64,000 nt of DNA from a virus (IMGVR_UViG_3300049893_001204:13679-77678), one strand, 5' to 3'; numbered from the stretch's first letter, positions 1 through 10,046 are shown. Notes: a model not told the origin generated them from the sequence alone. Numbers and translations are program-made.

Positions 1-612
1 GCAGGGAATGTATCCGAGTGTGTTTTTAAAAGTCTTTGTTTTACCAGTGGCTACTTGATAGTTTGTATCGAATGAAATCTCACCTTCTGAATGAGTTTCT
101 TCAATTGTTTTACGCTTGATGGAAAGACGGATGTAGCGTTTAGCACCCCTTTGACCCATCATTTGTGGACCAGTAAGACTTGAGTTATCAATGTCCTGCT
201 GGTAACCAAACCCTTGACGTACGCGATAGCTGTAAATGATTACAACTTCATCAAGCTCGCCATCAACGTTGTAAAAGCTACGATATTCATGCTTACGAAA
301 GTAATAAAGACGATAGTTATTTTGTGTGGGACGAACATAAAAGATACCCTGGCCATCACAAAGGAAGTAGTCCCAGATGGAATCTAAGCGTGTATCAATT
401 TGATTGTATTTGAGTACACGATCAATAAAGTCTTTGCGTTGATTGCCGAAGTTGTCTTGAGATGGAAAGAACTCAACCCCTTGGCGAATACCAAAGAGTT
501 TCATTTGGGCAAGATGAGACGCAACAATGCCAGTATCAATTGCAGCCCCACCGTCCTTTTCAAGGTAGGAGTCAACAATTTCTTTAAGTCGAGATTTAGC
601 GTCGCCAGCCAT
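1..612 (-). CDS. Probable portal protein, N-terminal part (runs off window start)
   Basis: Open frame read manually from ATG at 612 (MAGDAKSRLKEIVDSYLEKDGG...GIRQGVEFFPSQDNFG...LDSIWDYFLCDGQGIFYVRP); lies downstream of TerL in the packaging module. Absent from the ORF track because truncated. Confidence 0.6.
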   Translation of the reverse strand, partial: MAGDAKSRLKEIVDSYLEKDGGAAIDTGIVASHLAQMKLFGIRQGVEFFPSQDNFGNQRKDFIDRVLKYNQIDTRLDSIWDYFLCDGQGIFYVRPTQNNYRLYYFRKHEYRSFYNVDGELDEVVIIYSYRVRQGFGYQQDIDNSSLTGPQMMGQRGAKRYIRLSIKRKTIEETHSEGEISFDTNYQVATGKTKTFKNTLGYIPC

Positions 613-642
613 TATTGGTGCCTTTTATTAAATACTAGCAAA

Positions 643-849
643 TTAAAAGACGGATTTACCAGTGAATCCACCTGGAATATTTTGAGATGCTACGCCCGCA
701 ACATTACCTACTCCTACAACAAAAGGACTTGGTGGAGCACCATAGCAAACTTGGCAGGGAGTTGGTGTCACCATAAGATTGCTACGAGTGAACAAATTAC
801 CTGGGGCACCAGGGACGTTTACTTCTCCGCCGTATCGCATGGCTATCAA
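643..849 (-). CDS. Hypothetical protein
   Basis: 68-aa ORF co-oriented within the minus-strand operon. Confidence 0.45.
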   Translation of the reverse strand: MIAMRYGGEVNVPGAPGNLFTRSNLMVTPTPCQVCYGAPPSPFVVGVGNVAGVASQNIPGGFTGKSVF

Positions 850-863
850 TGCTTTTTTGTATT

Positions 864-1046
864 CTACTCTTCTATGACTTCGTAGCCGTCAGCTGCATTC
901 AACTTAGAAAGGATGATGCCATTACCCTTGATATTCCATTCAAGTAAGTCTCCTTCTTTCCAGCCAACTTCTTCAAGGAGTTCATCTGGTAACTCGATGA
1001 AACAGTCACCGTTATCGGCTTCCTGTACTTCGATGATGTAGCTCAT
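864..1046 (-). CDS. AbrB/MazE/SpoVT-like small DNA-binding protein
   Basis: FIELPDELLEEVGWKEGDLLEWNI matches the swapped-hairpin AbrB pattern. Confidence 0.7.
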   Translation of the reverse strand: MSYIIEVQEADNGDCFIELPDELLEEVGWKEGDLLEWNIKGNGIILSKLNAADGYEVIEE

Positions 1047-1336
1047 TTTGCTAAAAGCTTTTCAATAAGCTTATCAAGCTTATTGTTAATTTCACGAAAG
1101 TTATCATGCATTTCTTGAATTTCCCTTAAGAAGTCCACCTTAAGGACATAGTCCAAAGGCATGCGATTAATCTGCTCTTCCAAGGAATCAATCCTACGTT
1201 TTTGAGAGGACGTATAACTAAGACTTTGCTGGATTTTTTCAGTATGCCTCTGAAGAATCTTGTTAGCTACCCAGGTACCAGCACCTGCTGCTGGCACTGC
1301 AATAGCAACAAGGATTGCTAGGTACTCTGGTCCCAC
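1043..1336 (-). CDS. Small membrane-anchored coiled-coil protein
   Basis: N-terminal hydrophobic helix, C-terminal coiled coil. Confidence 0.55.
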   Translation of the reverse strand: MGPEYLAILVAIAVPAAGAGTWVANKILQRHTEKIQQSLSYTSSQKRRIDSLEEQINRMPLDYVLKVDFLREIQEMHDNFREINNKLDKLIEKLLAK

Positions 1337-1364
1337 CGCACTAAACTTTTCTTTTTATTCTAAA

Positions 1365-2891
1365 TCAATAATCCAGATGTAGTTGCCCTTTACGTGCAAG
1401 ACCATTTACAAGCCAGACCAAAGCATCAACACAATCGTCGTGACTACTGATGCCAAAGTTAGTCAGCTCTTCAAACATGGTTGTGAAGTTGCGGAAACGA
1501 TTGAAGATAATCTTGCGATCTTCAAACATGCCCATGATTCCACGGAAGCGAGCAAGTTTATCTGCTCGGAATCCTTTAACAGGATGCCAGATCAAGTTGT
1601 AGAGAGCTTCATTGTTTAGACATACACGCTTGAAATCAGCTTCTAGTGATGCTTGGTATTGGACAGCTTCACTCCAGATGTCGCAAGTTGAATGAGTCGG
1701 AAAGTAATTGCCGTTATCATCGCGACCGAGAATAGACCAATCATTAAGCAATTCTTTAAGAGCGTCAAGCTTCTCCAAGTTACCCATGACACGCAGGCGC
1801 CTGTAGTCAATGATGTGGATACGATCACCGATGCGGCCGCCCAAGACCATCACCGTATAGTCATTCTTCTCCTTGGTCCCAGCTGAGAGGTCAATACCAA
1901 CACCAATAGTGTCGAATTCAGTTGAGATCTCTGCCTTAACCAACAGTTCTGGCGCCAGGGACAACTCGTTCTGTCTGACGACTTGATTCATGTACTGGAA
2001 AGAAAAAGCAATAGGTGCTTGCCTTTTCTTTTCTTTCAAGTAATCCAATGACCACATCTCAGGCCAATAGGAGTATTCATCGCCTGTTACAGGATCTGTC
2101 TGGATAGCAGAGAGTACAATCTGACGCCAGTTGTTTTGTTCGTTGAATGTGGTGGAGTGAATGTCATCATGCCTAAAGCGTGTGCCAAGACAGATTGCTC
2201 GTCCACCTTCAAACATGGTGGGAGCAATCACAGCATTCCAGTTATCTTGCATCTGTTTGCGGATATCTGGATTAGAAATATCTGCAGCAGATTTAATGGC
2301 GTCATCGATGATGACTAGATGACTACGTTTAGATGTCACCGAACCTTTAAGGCCTGCAGCACAAAGCGTAAATTGCTCATCACCCGTGGTATCAATACCA
2401 GCAAACTTATGGTCAATAGACCAATACTCATTACTGTTTACATTCTTAAGAAGGCGAACAGTAGGAAATACTTCTTGGTATCGCTTGCTTTCAATGATGC
2501 GCTTGATTGTTGCCGACTTAGAGCGAGCAATATCAACCGTATAGGAAAGATAAAGAATCTGCAGAGGCTTCTTGGCAATGGTATGGATGCCGATAGCCCA
2601 TGCCGTAAACAAACCTAAGATTGTGGACTTGGCTGAACCGCGTGGTGCCAAGAGATCAATGTTGGGTCCAGCAATATGTAGCAGACAGCTACTGTCTTCT
2701 TTCGTTACGAAGTGGCGATTCCATTCTTTATGATGTGTAGCCGGTGGTTTATCTGCTACATACTCACAGAAGAAACCAAAGTCTTTTTGTGCCTTGGTGA
2801 TGTTTTCTGCGTTACGTGGCTTACGAATTTGTTGCCGCATGACAGCGGCCTTCGCGTTACGGCGGTAAGCAAGATGGGTATAGCTGGGCAC
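1365..2891 (-). CDS. terL: Terminase large subunit
   Basis: Walker A-like APRGSAKS, Walker B LVIIDD, GTRF coupling motif, RNase H nuclease GIDLS...DYT and HDDCVDAL. Confidence 0.93.
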   Translation of the reverse strand: MPSYTHLAYRRNAKAAVMRQQIRKPRNAENITKAQKDFGFFCEYVADKPPATHHKEWNRHFVTKEDSSCLLHIAGPNIDLLAPRGSAKSTILGLFTAWAIGIHTIAKKPLQILYLSYTVDIARSKSATIKRIIESKRYQEVFPTVRLLKNVNSNEYWSIDHKFAGIDTTGDEQFTLCAAGLKGSVTSKRSHLVIIDDAIKSAADISNPDIRKQMQDNWNAVIAPTMFEGGRAICLGTRFRHDDIHSTTFNEQNNWRQIVLSAIQTDPVTGDEYSYWPEMWSLDYLKEKKRQAPIAFSFQYMNQVVRQNELSLAPELLVKAEISTEFDTIGVGIDLSAGTKEKNDYTVMVLGGRIGDRIHIIDYRRLRVMGNLEKLDALKELLNDWSILGRDDNGNYFPTHSTCDIWSEAVQYQASLEADFKRVCLNNEALYNLIWHPVKGFRADKLARFRGIMGMFEDRKIIFNRFRNFTTMFEELTNFGISSHDDCVDALVWLVNGLARKGQLHLDY

Positions 2892-2922
2892 AACAAAAGA
2901 TCAGACGTACTTTAATAGTACG

Positions 2923-3081
2923 TCACTTTTTAGCTTTTTGCTTTTGATCTTTATATTTACGTGCTTTATCTAAGGCAGCTTTACGCTTTTCTTTATCTGA
3001 CATCTCAGAACCATCCTCTTTCTTAGCTTCTTTTTTCTTGAGGTACTCAAGAAACTGAGGAGGCATTTTACCTTTGGCCAT
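2923..3081 (-). CDS. Small Lys-rich basic protein (52 aa)
   Basis: Manual translation MAKGKMPPQFLEYLKKKEAKKEDGSEMSDKEKRKAALDKARKYKDQKQKAKK; TAGAAT upstream. Confidence 0.6.
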   Translation of the reverse strand: MAKGKMPPQFLEYLKKKEAKKEDGSEMSDKEKRKAALDKARKYKDQKQKAKK

Positions 3082-3129
3082 AAGAATATCTGGTTTAGAT
3101 CCAGGGATTGTTCAATTCTACTACGTTAT

Positions 3130-3747
3130 TTACTCTTCCATTTGCATGCGTGCCCACACACTCATGGCAGCTTCTTCCAATGCAATCTCCATCGGGTCAT
3201 CTTTAAAGACAAGAAGAAGCTCACGAATAGCACGATCAGCACCAGACATCAGGAGTCCTTTGCGATCACGATTTGACATGAAACGATCTAATTGATCGAT
3301 GTGTCCACGAAGCTCACGTTGTACGTTAGCGATGCGTGCAACACCTGCATCACGTTTGACAACAGTTTCTTCAATGGCTGTACGTAGCTTACGGATGTCC
3401 TCCTGCATCTCATCAATTTCAGACAGGAGTTTCTTGCGCTGATCAGGCTTTGGGTAATTGGTATTGACCCAAAGTTCACACGCAGTAATAGGACCCTTGT
3501 AACCAAGGAACCTGGCATAGATATAGATCTCAATGACAGAGTTTACATCTGCGGCAAAACCACAGAATGAATCTTGGGTTGATGCATCAAGATTATCAAC
3601 CCAATAATCAAAGAGCTCAATATCGATATGCTCGTTGGGCCTGATTGTAGTCTCGTTCTTCGTCTTTTTGCTTGAACTGCTGGGCTTGTTCAGCAGAGGT
3701 ACGTTGTTCTTCTGCGCCCTTGCCGATGGTTTCACGTTCTTGCTCAC
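3130..3747 (-). CDS. Hypothetical helical protein, possible terminase small subunit (start uncertain)
   Basis: Position upstream of TerL, coiled-coil core; 5' end overlaps the 3617-3865 ORF. Confidence 0.4.
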   Translation of the reverse strand: MSKNVKPSARAQKNNVPLLNKPSSSSKKTKNETTIRPNEHIDIELFDYWVDNLDASTQDSFCGFAADVNSVIEIYIYARFLGYKGPITACELWVNTNYPKPDQRKKLLSEIDEMQEDIRKLRTAIEETVVKRDAGVARIANVQRELRGHIDQLDRFMSNRDRKGLLMSGADRAIRELLLVFKDDPMEIALEEAAMSVWARMQMEE

Positions 3748-3865
3748 CAGCAGTCTCCATTTTCTTTTTAGAGAATTCGTAAGCCACGCCAGCAGCCTGG
3801 CGGTATTTGTCTAGATCAAACCAGTCATCGGCATCGGTTTGACCCGCCGGTACGCTAGAAGTCAT
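3617..3865 (-). CDS. Small virion-associated protein, PAGQT-ADD paralog 1
   Basis: MTSSVPAGQTDADDWFDLDKY... Confidence 0.6.
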   Translation of the reverse strand: MTSSVPAGQTDADDWFDLDKYRQAAGVAYEFSKKKMETAGEQERETIGKGAEEQRTSAEQAQQFKQKDEERDYNQAQRAYRY

Positions 3866-3891
3866 GGCTTAAGAAATTATAGAGGAATGGA

Positions 3892-4068
3892 TCAGAAGTT
3901 GCCCATCATGCTGGCAAGACCCTGAGCAAAGATGTCACGGCGACCTTCAGTGGACTTTTGACGCTGTTGACGACCTTTAGAGGCTTCCAGGCGATTGAGA
4001 AGCTGCTCAAACTTATTGATATCAAAATAGTCGTCAGCTTCAGTTTGGCCAGCAGGAGTAGTAGTCAT
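3892..4068 (-). CDS. Small virion-associated protein, PAGQT-ADD paralog 2 (58 aa)
   Basis: Manual translation MTTTPAGQTEADDYFDINKFEQLLNRLEASKGRQQRQKSTEGRRDIFAQGLASMMGNF. Confidence 0.65.
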   Translation of the reverse strand: MTTTPAGQTEADDYFDINKFEQLLNRLEASKGRQQRQKSTEGRRDIFAQGLASMMGNF

Positions 4069-4110
4069 TTATTTAGATGTTGACTCTTAAGTAATTATAG
4101 CAATTGATAC

Positions 4111-5004
4111 TTAGGACCAGAAGCCGGAGACAAGATTGGAATAGACATTGCCCATGGCACCAATCTTAGCAACTTCTTTAGTGCCTTCATTTTTTAACTT
4201 CTGTGTTTCTTTATCAATTTCTCCTTGGAGGTTAGTCAAACCTGCACTGTAAAGATACTGTCTGGTATCGCGAATATTTTGTGTCTGTTCTTCCAGCTCT
4301 GCCGGAGTCCCTTCAAACTGATCTTTGAAATCTGGAATAGTAATTCCAGTACGTTGTTGAGTTGCTGCTGTGTAAGTGGGCAGTAAGCTCTTATCAAATT
4401 TGAAAGTACGTTTACCTGTTTTCTCACCAGCTGCATCAGTAAGCTGTTTGCCGTACTGAGTGTCGTAATAGTTATCAAGATAGCTTTGATTAAACTTCTT
4501 TTGATATTCAGGACTACGAGTAAGAGCGTCTCTCAGATCTTCATTGGTTTGATAATAGCCCTGGTTAAAACGCTCTTGTGCTTTTGAAAGTTCCTCAGGC
4601 GTGGCTTGACGGCCAAGAATTTCCTCATAAGCAGCAGAAACAGCGGTACCCCTTCGGCCTGGAAGCAACTCTTGTGTATAGATATTTGTAAGAGAAGAAA
4701 CATCTTGCTCTGGTGGTGCTAGATCATATTTTGCAGCATAGTCACGAAGTTGAGATGTGGCATCGCCATAGCTGATGAGCCCTTGTCGCAGCTGTGCTTC
4801 AATGCCACTACGAAGACCTGAATAACCGGCAGCGCCAGCGGCTGTACGTGCGCTTTCTTTTGCTTTTGCTTCTGCTTCTTGAGCCGCAGCTTTAGCTTCT
4901 AGTGCCTGTTCGCGTTGCTGTTGATATGCAAGATAGTTTTTAAAACTATCATCACGCTCAATAGGAGGTGCTTTGTATTCAACGCGTGTGCCACCGCCAC
5001 CCAT
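4111..5004 (-). CDS. Putative internal virion/ejection protein
   Basis: MGGGG start, Ala/Gln-rich helical composition, in virion module. Confidence 0.5.
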   Translation of the reverse strand: MGGGGTRVEYKAPPIERDDSFKNYLAYQQQREQALEAKAAAQEAEAKAKESARTAAGAAGYSGLRSGIEAQLRQGLISYGDATSQLRDYAAKYDLAPPEQDVSSLTNIYTQELLPGRRGTAVSAAYEEILGRQATPEELSKAQERFNQGYYQTNEDLRDALTRSPEYQKKFNQSYLDNYYDTQYGKQLTDAAGEKTGKRTFKFDKSLLPTYTAATQQRTGITIPDFKDQFEGTPAELEEQTQNIRDTRQYLYSAGLTNLQGEIDKETQKLKNEGTKEVAKIGAMGNVYSNLVSGFWS

Positions 5005-5014
5005 GATTTAACTC

Positions 5015-5566
5015 CTAGCTTGTAAAACGTCGAGAGAATGCAGTCGGACCAAAGGCTGCTTCCATAGGTGCAGCAACATCAAAACCTTTTCTACGCTTGT
5101 AATCCAACAGGTTTTGAAACATCTCTTCTTTTGCTTTTGGATTAGTGCGTAATTCTTGACCCCTTTTTGCAACATCATATTGAAACTCAACTGCTTTAGG
5201 GTTAAAGATGTTTGCCTGCTCCATGGCAGCCGTACGTTGTCTGCCTTGTTCAAGATTAGCAAACAAATCAGAAAAATTACGACCTGCTAAGTTTTCTCCT
5301 GATTGCGCATATAAACCTGTAATTTGATTTGCCGTGTTTTGTCGTGTAGCCCAGTCAGCAGCTGCCAACTGAGCTTCCATCGCGCTTCTTTGAAACTCAC
5401 GCTGCTTAGCTGCCTCTCTTAGTTGAAAAGGCATCCCAATAGCACCAAGGATGGCACCAGGTAAGGCCGCGCCTAAACCGCCGCCAAAACCTTCGCCAAA
5501 TGCAGCACCAAAGCTAAGAGGAGTAGCGCGAGAGTTAAGAAGAGAAGATAAATCAGTCGCAGCCAT
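5015..5566 (-). CDS. Putative internal virion protein
   Basis: Gly-rich hydrophobic N-terminus followed by Gln/Ala helix. Confidence 0.45.
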   Translation of the reverse strand: MAATDLSSLLNSRATPLSFGAAFGEGFGGGLGAALPGAILGAIGMPFQLREAAKQREFQRSAMEAQLAAADWATRQNTANQITGLYAQSGENLAGRNFSDLFANLEQGRQRTAAMEQANIFNPKAVEFQYDVAKRGQELRTNPKAKEEMFQNLLDYKRRKGFDVAAPMEAAFGPTAFSRRFTS

Positions 5567-5598
5567 ATAACTTCTATGTTTAAATTATTCTACTATGT

Positions 5599-6405
5599 TT
5601 AACGATAGTAAGAATAGTTGGTTGGGTTAAAGCCTGCAGTGCGCGGCATCTCAATGGGGCGAACATTACTTGGTGATGTAATGTTTGCAATATTTGCGGT
5701 TACTTCTTGACTTAGTTGATAAGGCATAGGACTAAACGCACGTGGTACAGAGGTAAAGAGATTACCTAACTGCTGGAAAGTAAAGTTCCGGCCTTGCTCC
5801 CTAAGACTACGCGCTTCTTCCCTTTGTGATTTGCGAATTGATGCTGCTTCTTGCACTGCAAGATTCTCTAGAGCCATACGATTTGCCAGAGCTGCATTAC
5901 TTGCAGTAAGTCCTGCCTGCAAAACAAGGTTACTTGGATCATTCATTGCAAAAGCAAGACCTGCAAGGTCTCCTCCTTTTTCTAAAGCTTTCCGCTTTAG
6001 TTCTGCCAACTCTTTAGCTTTATCAGGTGATATAAAATCTTCAAAAGGATTTCTTCCTTGTTGTAAAAGCTCATATCGTTGATCCACGGTTAAAGCAGAT
6101 CCTGGAGCTGGAGCAGTGGCTGCTGCAGAAGAAGCAGGAGCTGCTGGAGGAGTTGCTGCAGAAGACGCTGGAACAATCGGTTGAACAGGTGCTACTCCAG
6201 GGGGAGGGGTGCCTGGCTCTGTGGCAAGACCGCTGGAGGGAATAGGAAAAGGCTGTCCTGCGCCAGTTGTCTGTGCAATATCACCAAATTTTTTGCCTCT
6301 TTTTTGCAAGAAAGTTTCAAAAAATTTGGGGTTTACAGTGCCAGGTTGAAAATCAAAACCAGCAAGAGGGAAGTTAGCCATGTCAGTTGAAGGAGTACGG
6401 AGCAA
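5599..6405 (-). CDS. Putative internal virion protein, Pro/Ala-rich linker
   Basis: 268-aa ORF with low-complexity PASSAA repeats. Confidence 0.45.
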   Translation of the reverse strand: MLRTPSTDMANFPLAGFDFQPGTVNPKFFETFLQKRGKKFGDIAQTTGAGQPFPIPSSGLATEPGTPPPGVAPVQPIVPASSAATPPAAPASSAAATAPAPGSALTVDQRYELLQQGRNPFEDFISPDKAKELAELKRKALEKGGDLAGLAFAMNDPSNLVLQAGLTASNAALANRMALENLAVQEAASIRKSQREEARSLREQGRNFTFQQLGNLFTSVPRAFSPMPYQLSQEVTANIANITSPSNVRPIEMPRTAGFNPTNYSYYR

Positions 6406-7555
6406 GTGGCATCATGGCTGCTTTATAAGGACTGTTCTCTAATTGTGCACGACCCATTGCACCTGCTTCTGCCATGCCGCGCTCCAAGAGTTGAACCATG
6501 CCTGCAGTCTTAGTAAGACGTTGTGCAATAGCACCTTGTGTATTAAGTAATGCTTGTTGGCCAGCCAATTCTCTACGTTGAGCATCGGCAATAATTGGTG
6601 CCATGCCACGCATTAACTGCAACTGGTTGTCACGTTGAAGGGCAGCCATTTGTGTAGCATACTGCAGATCCTGGGAATGAATAAAGCTTTGCTGCTTTTC
6701 CCATAATCCTTGTTCAGCTTTTATGTCTTCAATGCGTTGCTCACGTTGGTATGCGGATTCCGCACGTCGTTGTGCACGCTCACCAATGGGGATTCTGCCT
6801 AAAAATGGAAGTGTTAACTCAAAGTCTTGAAGACTTGAACCAAGGCCCATGATTCCTCCGCCACCACCTGCAAGTTGAGGTGCATTACTGGACTGTTGAG
6901 GAGTGCCACGCATACCACGAGCAACACCTTGTTCAACAGCAGTACCAATAAAAGCAGGAGCTAAGTACCGAATAGCCATGCCCGCAGCTTTTGCCGGGCC
7001 AGGACCACTCATCAAGCCTTGTGTTAAGTTTGTAGTAAGTGCATTTGCAATACCACCTGCTGTTACACCAGCTGCTGTACTAACTGTGCCAGCTAATGGA
7101 TTCTCAATAAAAGTACCTAAACCTGAAAGAACTGCAGCAGAGCGTCCACCATGCGCCCTTCGATAATCACCTGCTTGAGTTTTAAACAGACCACCTGGTT
7201 GCAACAAATACTCTCTTGTTCCTGCTCTTGCTGCACGAAGAGATTCCCTTCCTTGATTGAATGTATTACGAATAGCTGACATCATGTCAGGAGCTGCTTC
7301 TTGAGCAACTTCTGCAGCAGCTGTGGCTGTGGCAGGTCCCGCAGAAGTAAAGAATGTTCTTCCAGGATCCCCGGACCTTACACGAGGCCTGACAGGAGGT
7401 TGCATGCCAGTTACAGCTGACCTCATGTTAGAAGCTGCTTCTTGCGCAACTTCTGCAGCAGCTCTGGCTGTGGCAGGTTCAACGGTATAACTAGAAGTGA
7501 ATGGCTGTCCAGGAATGCCAAAAGGATAGTTAGGATAATCTGGCGGCAACATCAA
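6383..7555 (-). CDS. Putative internal virion protein with internal duplication
   Basis: 390 aa; PATA(R/T)AAAEVAQEAA repeated. Confidence 0.5.
   Translation of the reverse strand: MMLPPDYPNYPFGIPGQPFTSSYTVEPATARAAAEVAQEAASNMRSAVTGMQPPVRPRVRSGDPGRTFFTSAGPATATAAAEVAQEAAPDMMSAIRNTFNQGRESLRAARAGTREYLLQPGGLFKTQAGDYRRAHGGRSAAVLSGLGTFIENPLAGTVSTAAGVTAGGIANALTTNLTQGLMSGPGPAKAAGMAIRYLAPAFIGTAVEQGVARGMRGTPQQSSNAPQLAGGGGGIMGLGSSLQDFELTLPFLGRIPIGERAQRRAESAYQREQRIEDIKAEQGLWEKQQSFIHSQDLQYATQMAALQRDNQLQLMRGMAPIIADAQRRELAGQQALLNTQGAIAQRLTKTAGMVQLLERGMAEAGAMGRAQLENSPYKAAMMPLAPYSFN
7274..7478. repeat. Intragenic direct repeat (~64 bp x2, 141-bp period)
   Basis: 7274-7337 and 7415-7478 are near-identical. Confidence 0.8.
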
Positions 7556-7600
7556 TATCTCCTATTTAAATAAATTTTATCATCGGTATTTGAATACATT

Positions 7601-8551
7601 CTAACTCATTGGCAGTTGAGAATTTAATTGTGTAGCAGCAAGTTGTTGGTTGTTGATATTGTTCTTGATGACTTGGTTAACGACGTTACCGGCACCAACG
7701 CCACCTAAGGAGCCGGCAAGGCCTCCAATGAGGCCACGCACTGCTTTTTGCCTTGGGGTACCAGGGGCTCTGGTAGCGAGGTTAGCGGCGACTGTACCGC
7801 CCGCAAAACCACCAACCATAGGGGCATTGACAGGGAAACCAAGCATGCGGATCTCAGGAGTACCCTGTAGGTTTTCCATGGTGCCCTTCACAATACCAAG
7901 ACCAAGTAAACCTTTATCCTGGTACATGAAGTTCATGTAGTTTCCATAGCGCTGGGGAGTAAGATCTGGAATTTCTGCTTTGGCTGTAGCATATTTCAGA
8001 GGATCACCACTGCGTTGAAGAACAAAACGTTCAAATATTTCTTGTACTGGTTGACCAGTTGTTCTGCGATCTTCTGCACCTTTTGGTGCATAGGATTGAG
8101 CAAAACCTTTTGGACGGCCTTGCTCATCTAAATTAGTGATGTCATATAAGCCAGTGGCAGCAATAGCTGGAACAGCAACACCTAAGCCAATAGCTGCACG
8201 TGCCGTAGGAGAAGCGAGCATATCTTTATTAACACCTAAGCCAACCAACTTATCTGCAATAGCTAAAGGATGGTTAAAACGCCAGTAATATGAACGCGTT
8301 CCATCGTTAGCAACATCAATTAAAGCTCTGGATGTATAAGCACCAAGAAATTGCGCCGGTGTTTGACGTGCAGTAATTCCTTGTACGCCTAGTTCTTTTT
8401 TAAAGCCAGGACCTAAAATACTTTGCCCATAGGAAAGATTTTTTTCCTTGGCAGTGGCAATCATATCCTGCTGGATACGATCTGCTGTCTTAAAACCAGC
8501 TTTATAATCTCGTAAAAGCTGTTGTGCTTGCTGAAGAACATCCATGATCAA
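7601..8551 (-). CDS. Hypothetical virion-module protein
   Basis: 316-aa ORF with Gly-rich hydrophobic segments. Confidence 0.5.
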   Translation of the reverse strand: MIMDVLQQAQQLLRDYKAGFKTADRIQQDMIATAKEKNLSYGQSILGPGFKKELGVQGITARQTPAQFLGAYTSRALIDVANDGTRSYYWRFNHPLAIADKLVGLGVNKDMLASPTARAAIGLGVAVPAIAATGLYDITNLDEQGRPKGFAQSYAPKGAEDRRTTGQPVQEIFERFVLQRSGDPLKYATAKAEIPDLTPQRYGNYMNFMYQDKGLLGLGIVKGTMENLQGTPEIRMLGFPVNAPMVGGFAGGTVAANLATRAPGTPRQKAVRGLIGGLAGSLGGVGAGNVVNQVIKNNINNQQLAATQLNSQLPMS

Positions 8552-9132
8552 GCACTGGGTTGCATGAGTTCCCGCATCTCAGGAGGCAGGGTAATACCTG
8601 GGTAGTGGAACGCAGTTTGTTCAATGCCTTGCATTTGGAATTGTGTGCCAGGAGCTAAGGCTTGTTGTTGAAGTTGGTTAATCTGCTGACGTTGAAGAGC
8701 TTGTTGATATAGCTGTTGCTCTTGTGATTGTTGCGTCGGCTCAACTTGCGCAATCTGTTGTGCTTGCGGATATAACTTACCTTGTGTTGCAATATCAACT
8801 AAAGGTGCAGAAGCAAGGCTGGCAGCAAAGTTAACACCACTTTCAAGCTGAGATGGCATGTGTGGAATTTCTTTCTGAATAACCTGACCTGTTTTAGTGC
8901 GAATAGTAGCCATACCACCTGGTGTACCAGGGGCAATCTTGCGTGCTAAACCAACTAACGGGTAGTTAAGCAAGAAGTCACCTGCGGCATATGCAGCACC
9001 TGCAGCAGGGTTACCCGATAATGCGCCAAGAGCAAAGTTAAGGCCTGCGCCAGGGAGCGCAGCAACTGCCGCACCACGAGAAGTTGGTCCTACTAATTTT
9101 CTAAATAGGTTACCTACAGATGAACTTGCCAT
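8548..9132 (-). CDS. Hypothetical virion-module protein, Gln-rich
   Basis: 194-aa ORF. Confidence 0.5.
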   Translation of the reverse strand: MASSSVGNLFRKLVGPTSRGAAVAALPGAGLNFALGALSGNPAAGAAYAAGDFLLNYPLVGLARKIAPGTPGGMATIRTKTGQVIQKEIPHMPSQLESGVNFAASLASAPLVDIATQGKLYPQAQQIAQVEPTQQSQEQQLYQQALQRQQINQLQQQALAPGTQFQMQGIEQTAFHYPGITLPPEMRELMQPSA

Positions 9133-9160
9133 GCGCCTCTTGCCATATTGCCATTTTAAA

Positions 9161-9808
9161 TCAAGTTGTCATTGGCTTAACACCAGTGTCTTGTTCTGTT
9201 TGTGTAGCAAGCTCTTCTCCTTCCCTGTCTTCTTTCTCTTTTTCTTTTTTACTAGCTGAAGTATCTTCTGTAAGTAAATCAGCAACAGACTTATTATCTT
9301 CTATTTCGTTCTTAGCGCGACTTTCAGCAGTTGTCATTAAATAGCCATTAGGATCCGGGTTGCGAAGACGTGGCATTGGATTTCTAGCTCGATCTTCTGG
9401 ATTAAGAGTAGGACTTAATTTATATGCTTCTACCCATTGAGGATTGAAATCAGGTTGATCTTGGGGCCTCTGAAATGTTTTAGGACGCCCTTCTTCAAAA
9501 TCATAGTCTAGTCGTTTAAAGCGACCAAGACCAGCAAAAAGTTCATACTCTGGTGTTACCTCTTGATTGTTATCAAAAAAGGGTGCATTACCAACAAAAT
9601 TCAAATCAGGGTTTAAGGTAACCTTACGTGTCATTGCACGTTTTACAAGGTCTACCTGATCAAATCTTGATGGGTTCCAGGGATAATCACCTGTTTCTGG
9701 TTTGGAGCGAAACAGGTCATCAAAGTCTAGTTTTTTATTGTTGGCTGAGTTCTTGTTAAAGGGGTTACGAATGTAACGTCCTAGATCAAGCCTTGCGTCG
9801 CGAGCCAT
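9161..9808 (-). CDS. Hypothetical protein
   Basis: 215-aa ORF. Confidence 0.55.
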   Translation of the reverse strand: MARDARLDLGRYIRNPFNKNSANNKKLDFDDLFRSKPETGDYPWNPSRFDQVDLVKRAMTRKVTLNPDLNFVGNAPFFDNNQEVTPEYELFAGLGRFKRLDYDFEEGRPKTFQRPQDQPDFNPQWVEAYKLSPTLNPEDRARNPMPRLRNPDPNGYLMTTAESRAKNEIEDNKSVADLLTEDTSASKKEKEKEDREGEELATQTEQDTGVKPMTT

Positions 9809-10044
9809 CAGCTTTCAGCAGCTTTAGATTTCTTCTTACCGTGTAAGCCTACCAGCGTCTTACGTAACCTGGCTTGTTTAACAGTACGTTCATCATATTT
9901 CTCAGGATTAGACAAGACATTTTCTTGAAGTTGAGAAGTGGTAATGCCTTTACGCTTGGCTTTAGCAGTAAAGGCACCTTCCTTCATATCCATCCCCTGG
10001 ATCCACTTCTTATCTTTTTTATCTTTTTTGTTTTCTTCAGCCAT
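9808..10044 (-). CDS. Small basic protein
   Basis: KKWIQGMDMKEGAFTAKAKR...KQARLRKTL. Confidence 0.6.
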   Translation of the reverse strand: MAEENKKDKKDKKWIQGMDMKEGAFTAKAKRKGITTSQLQENVLSNPEKYDERTVKQARLRKTLVGLHGKKKSKAAES

Positions 10045-10046
10045 GA

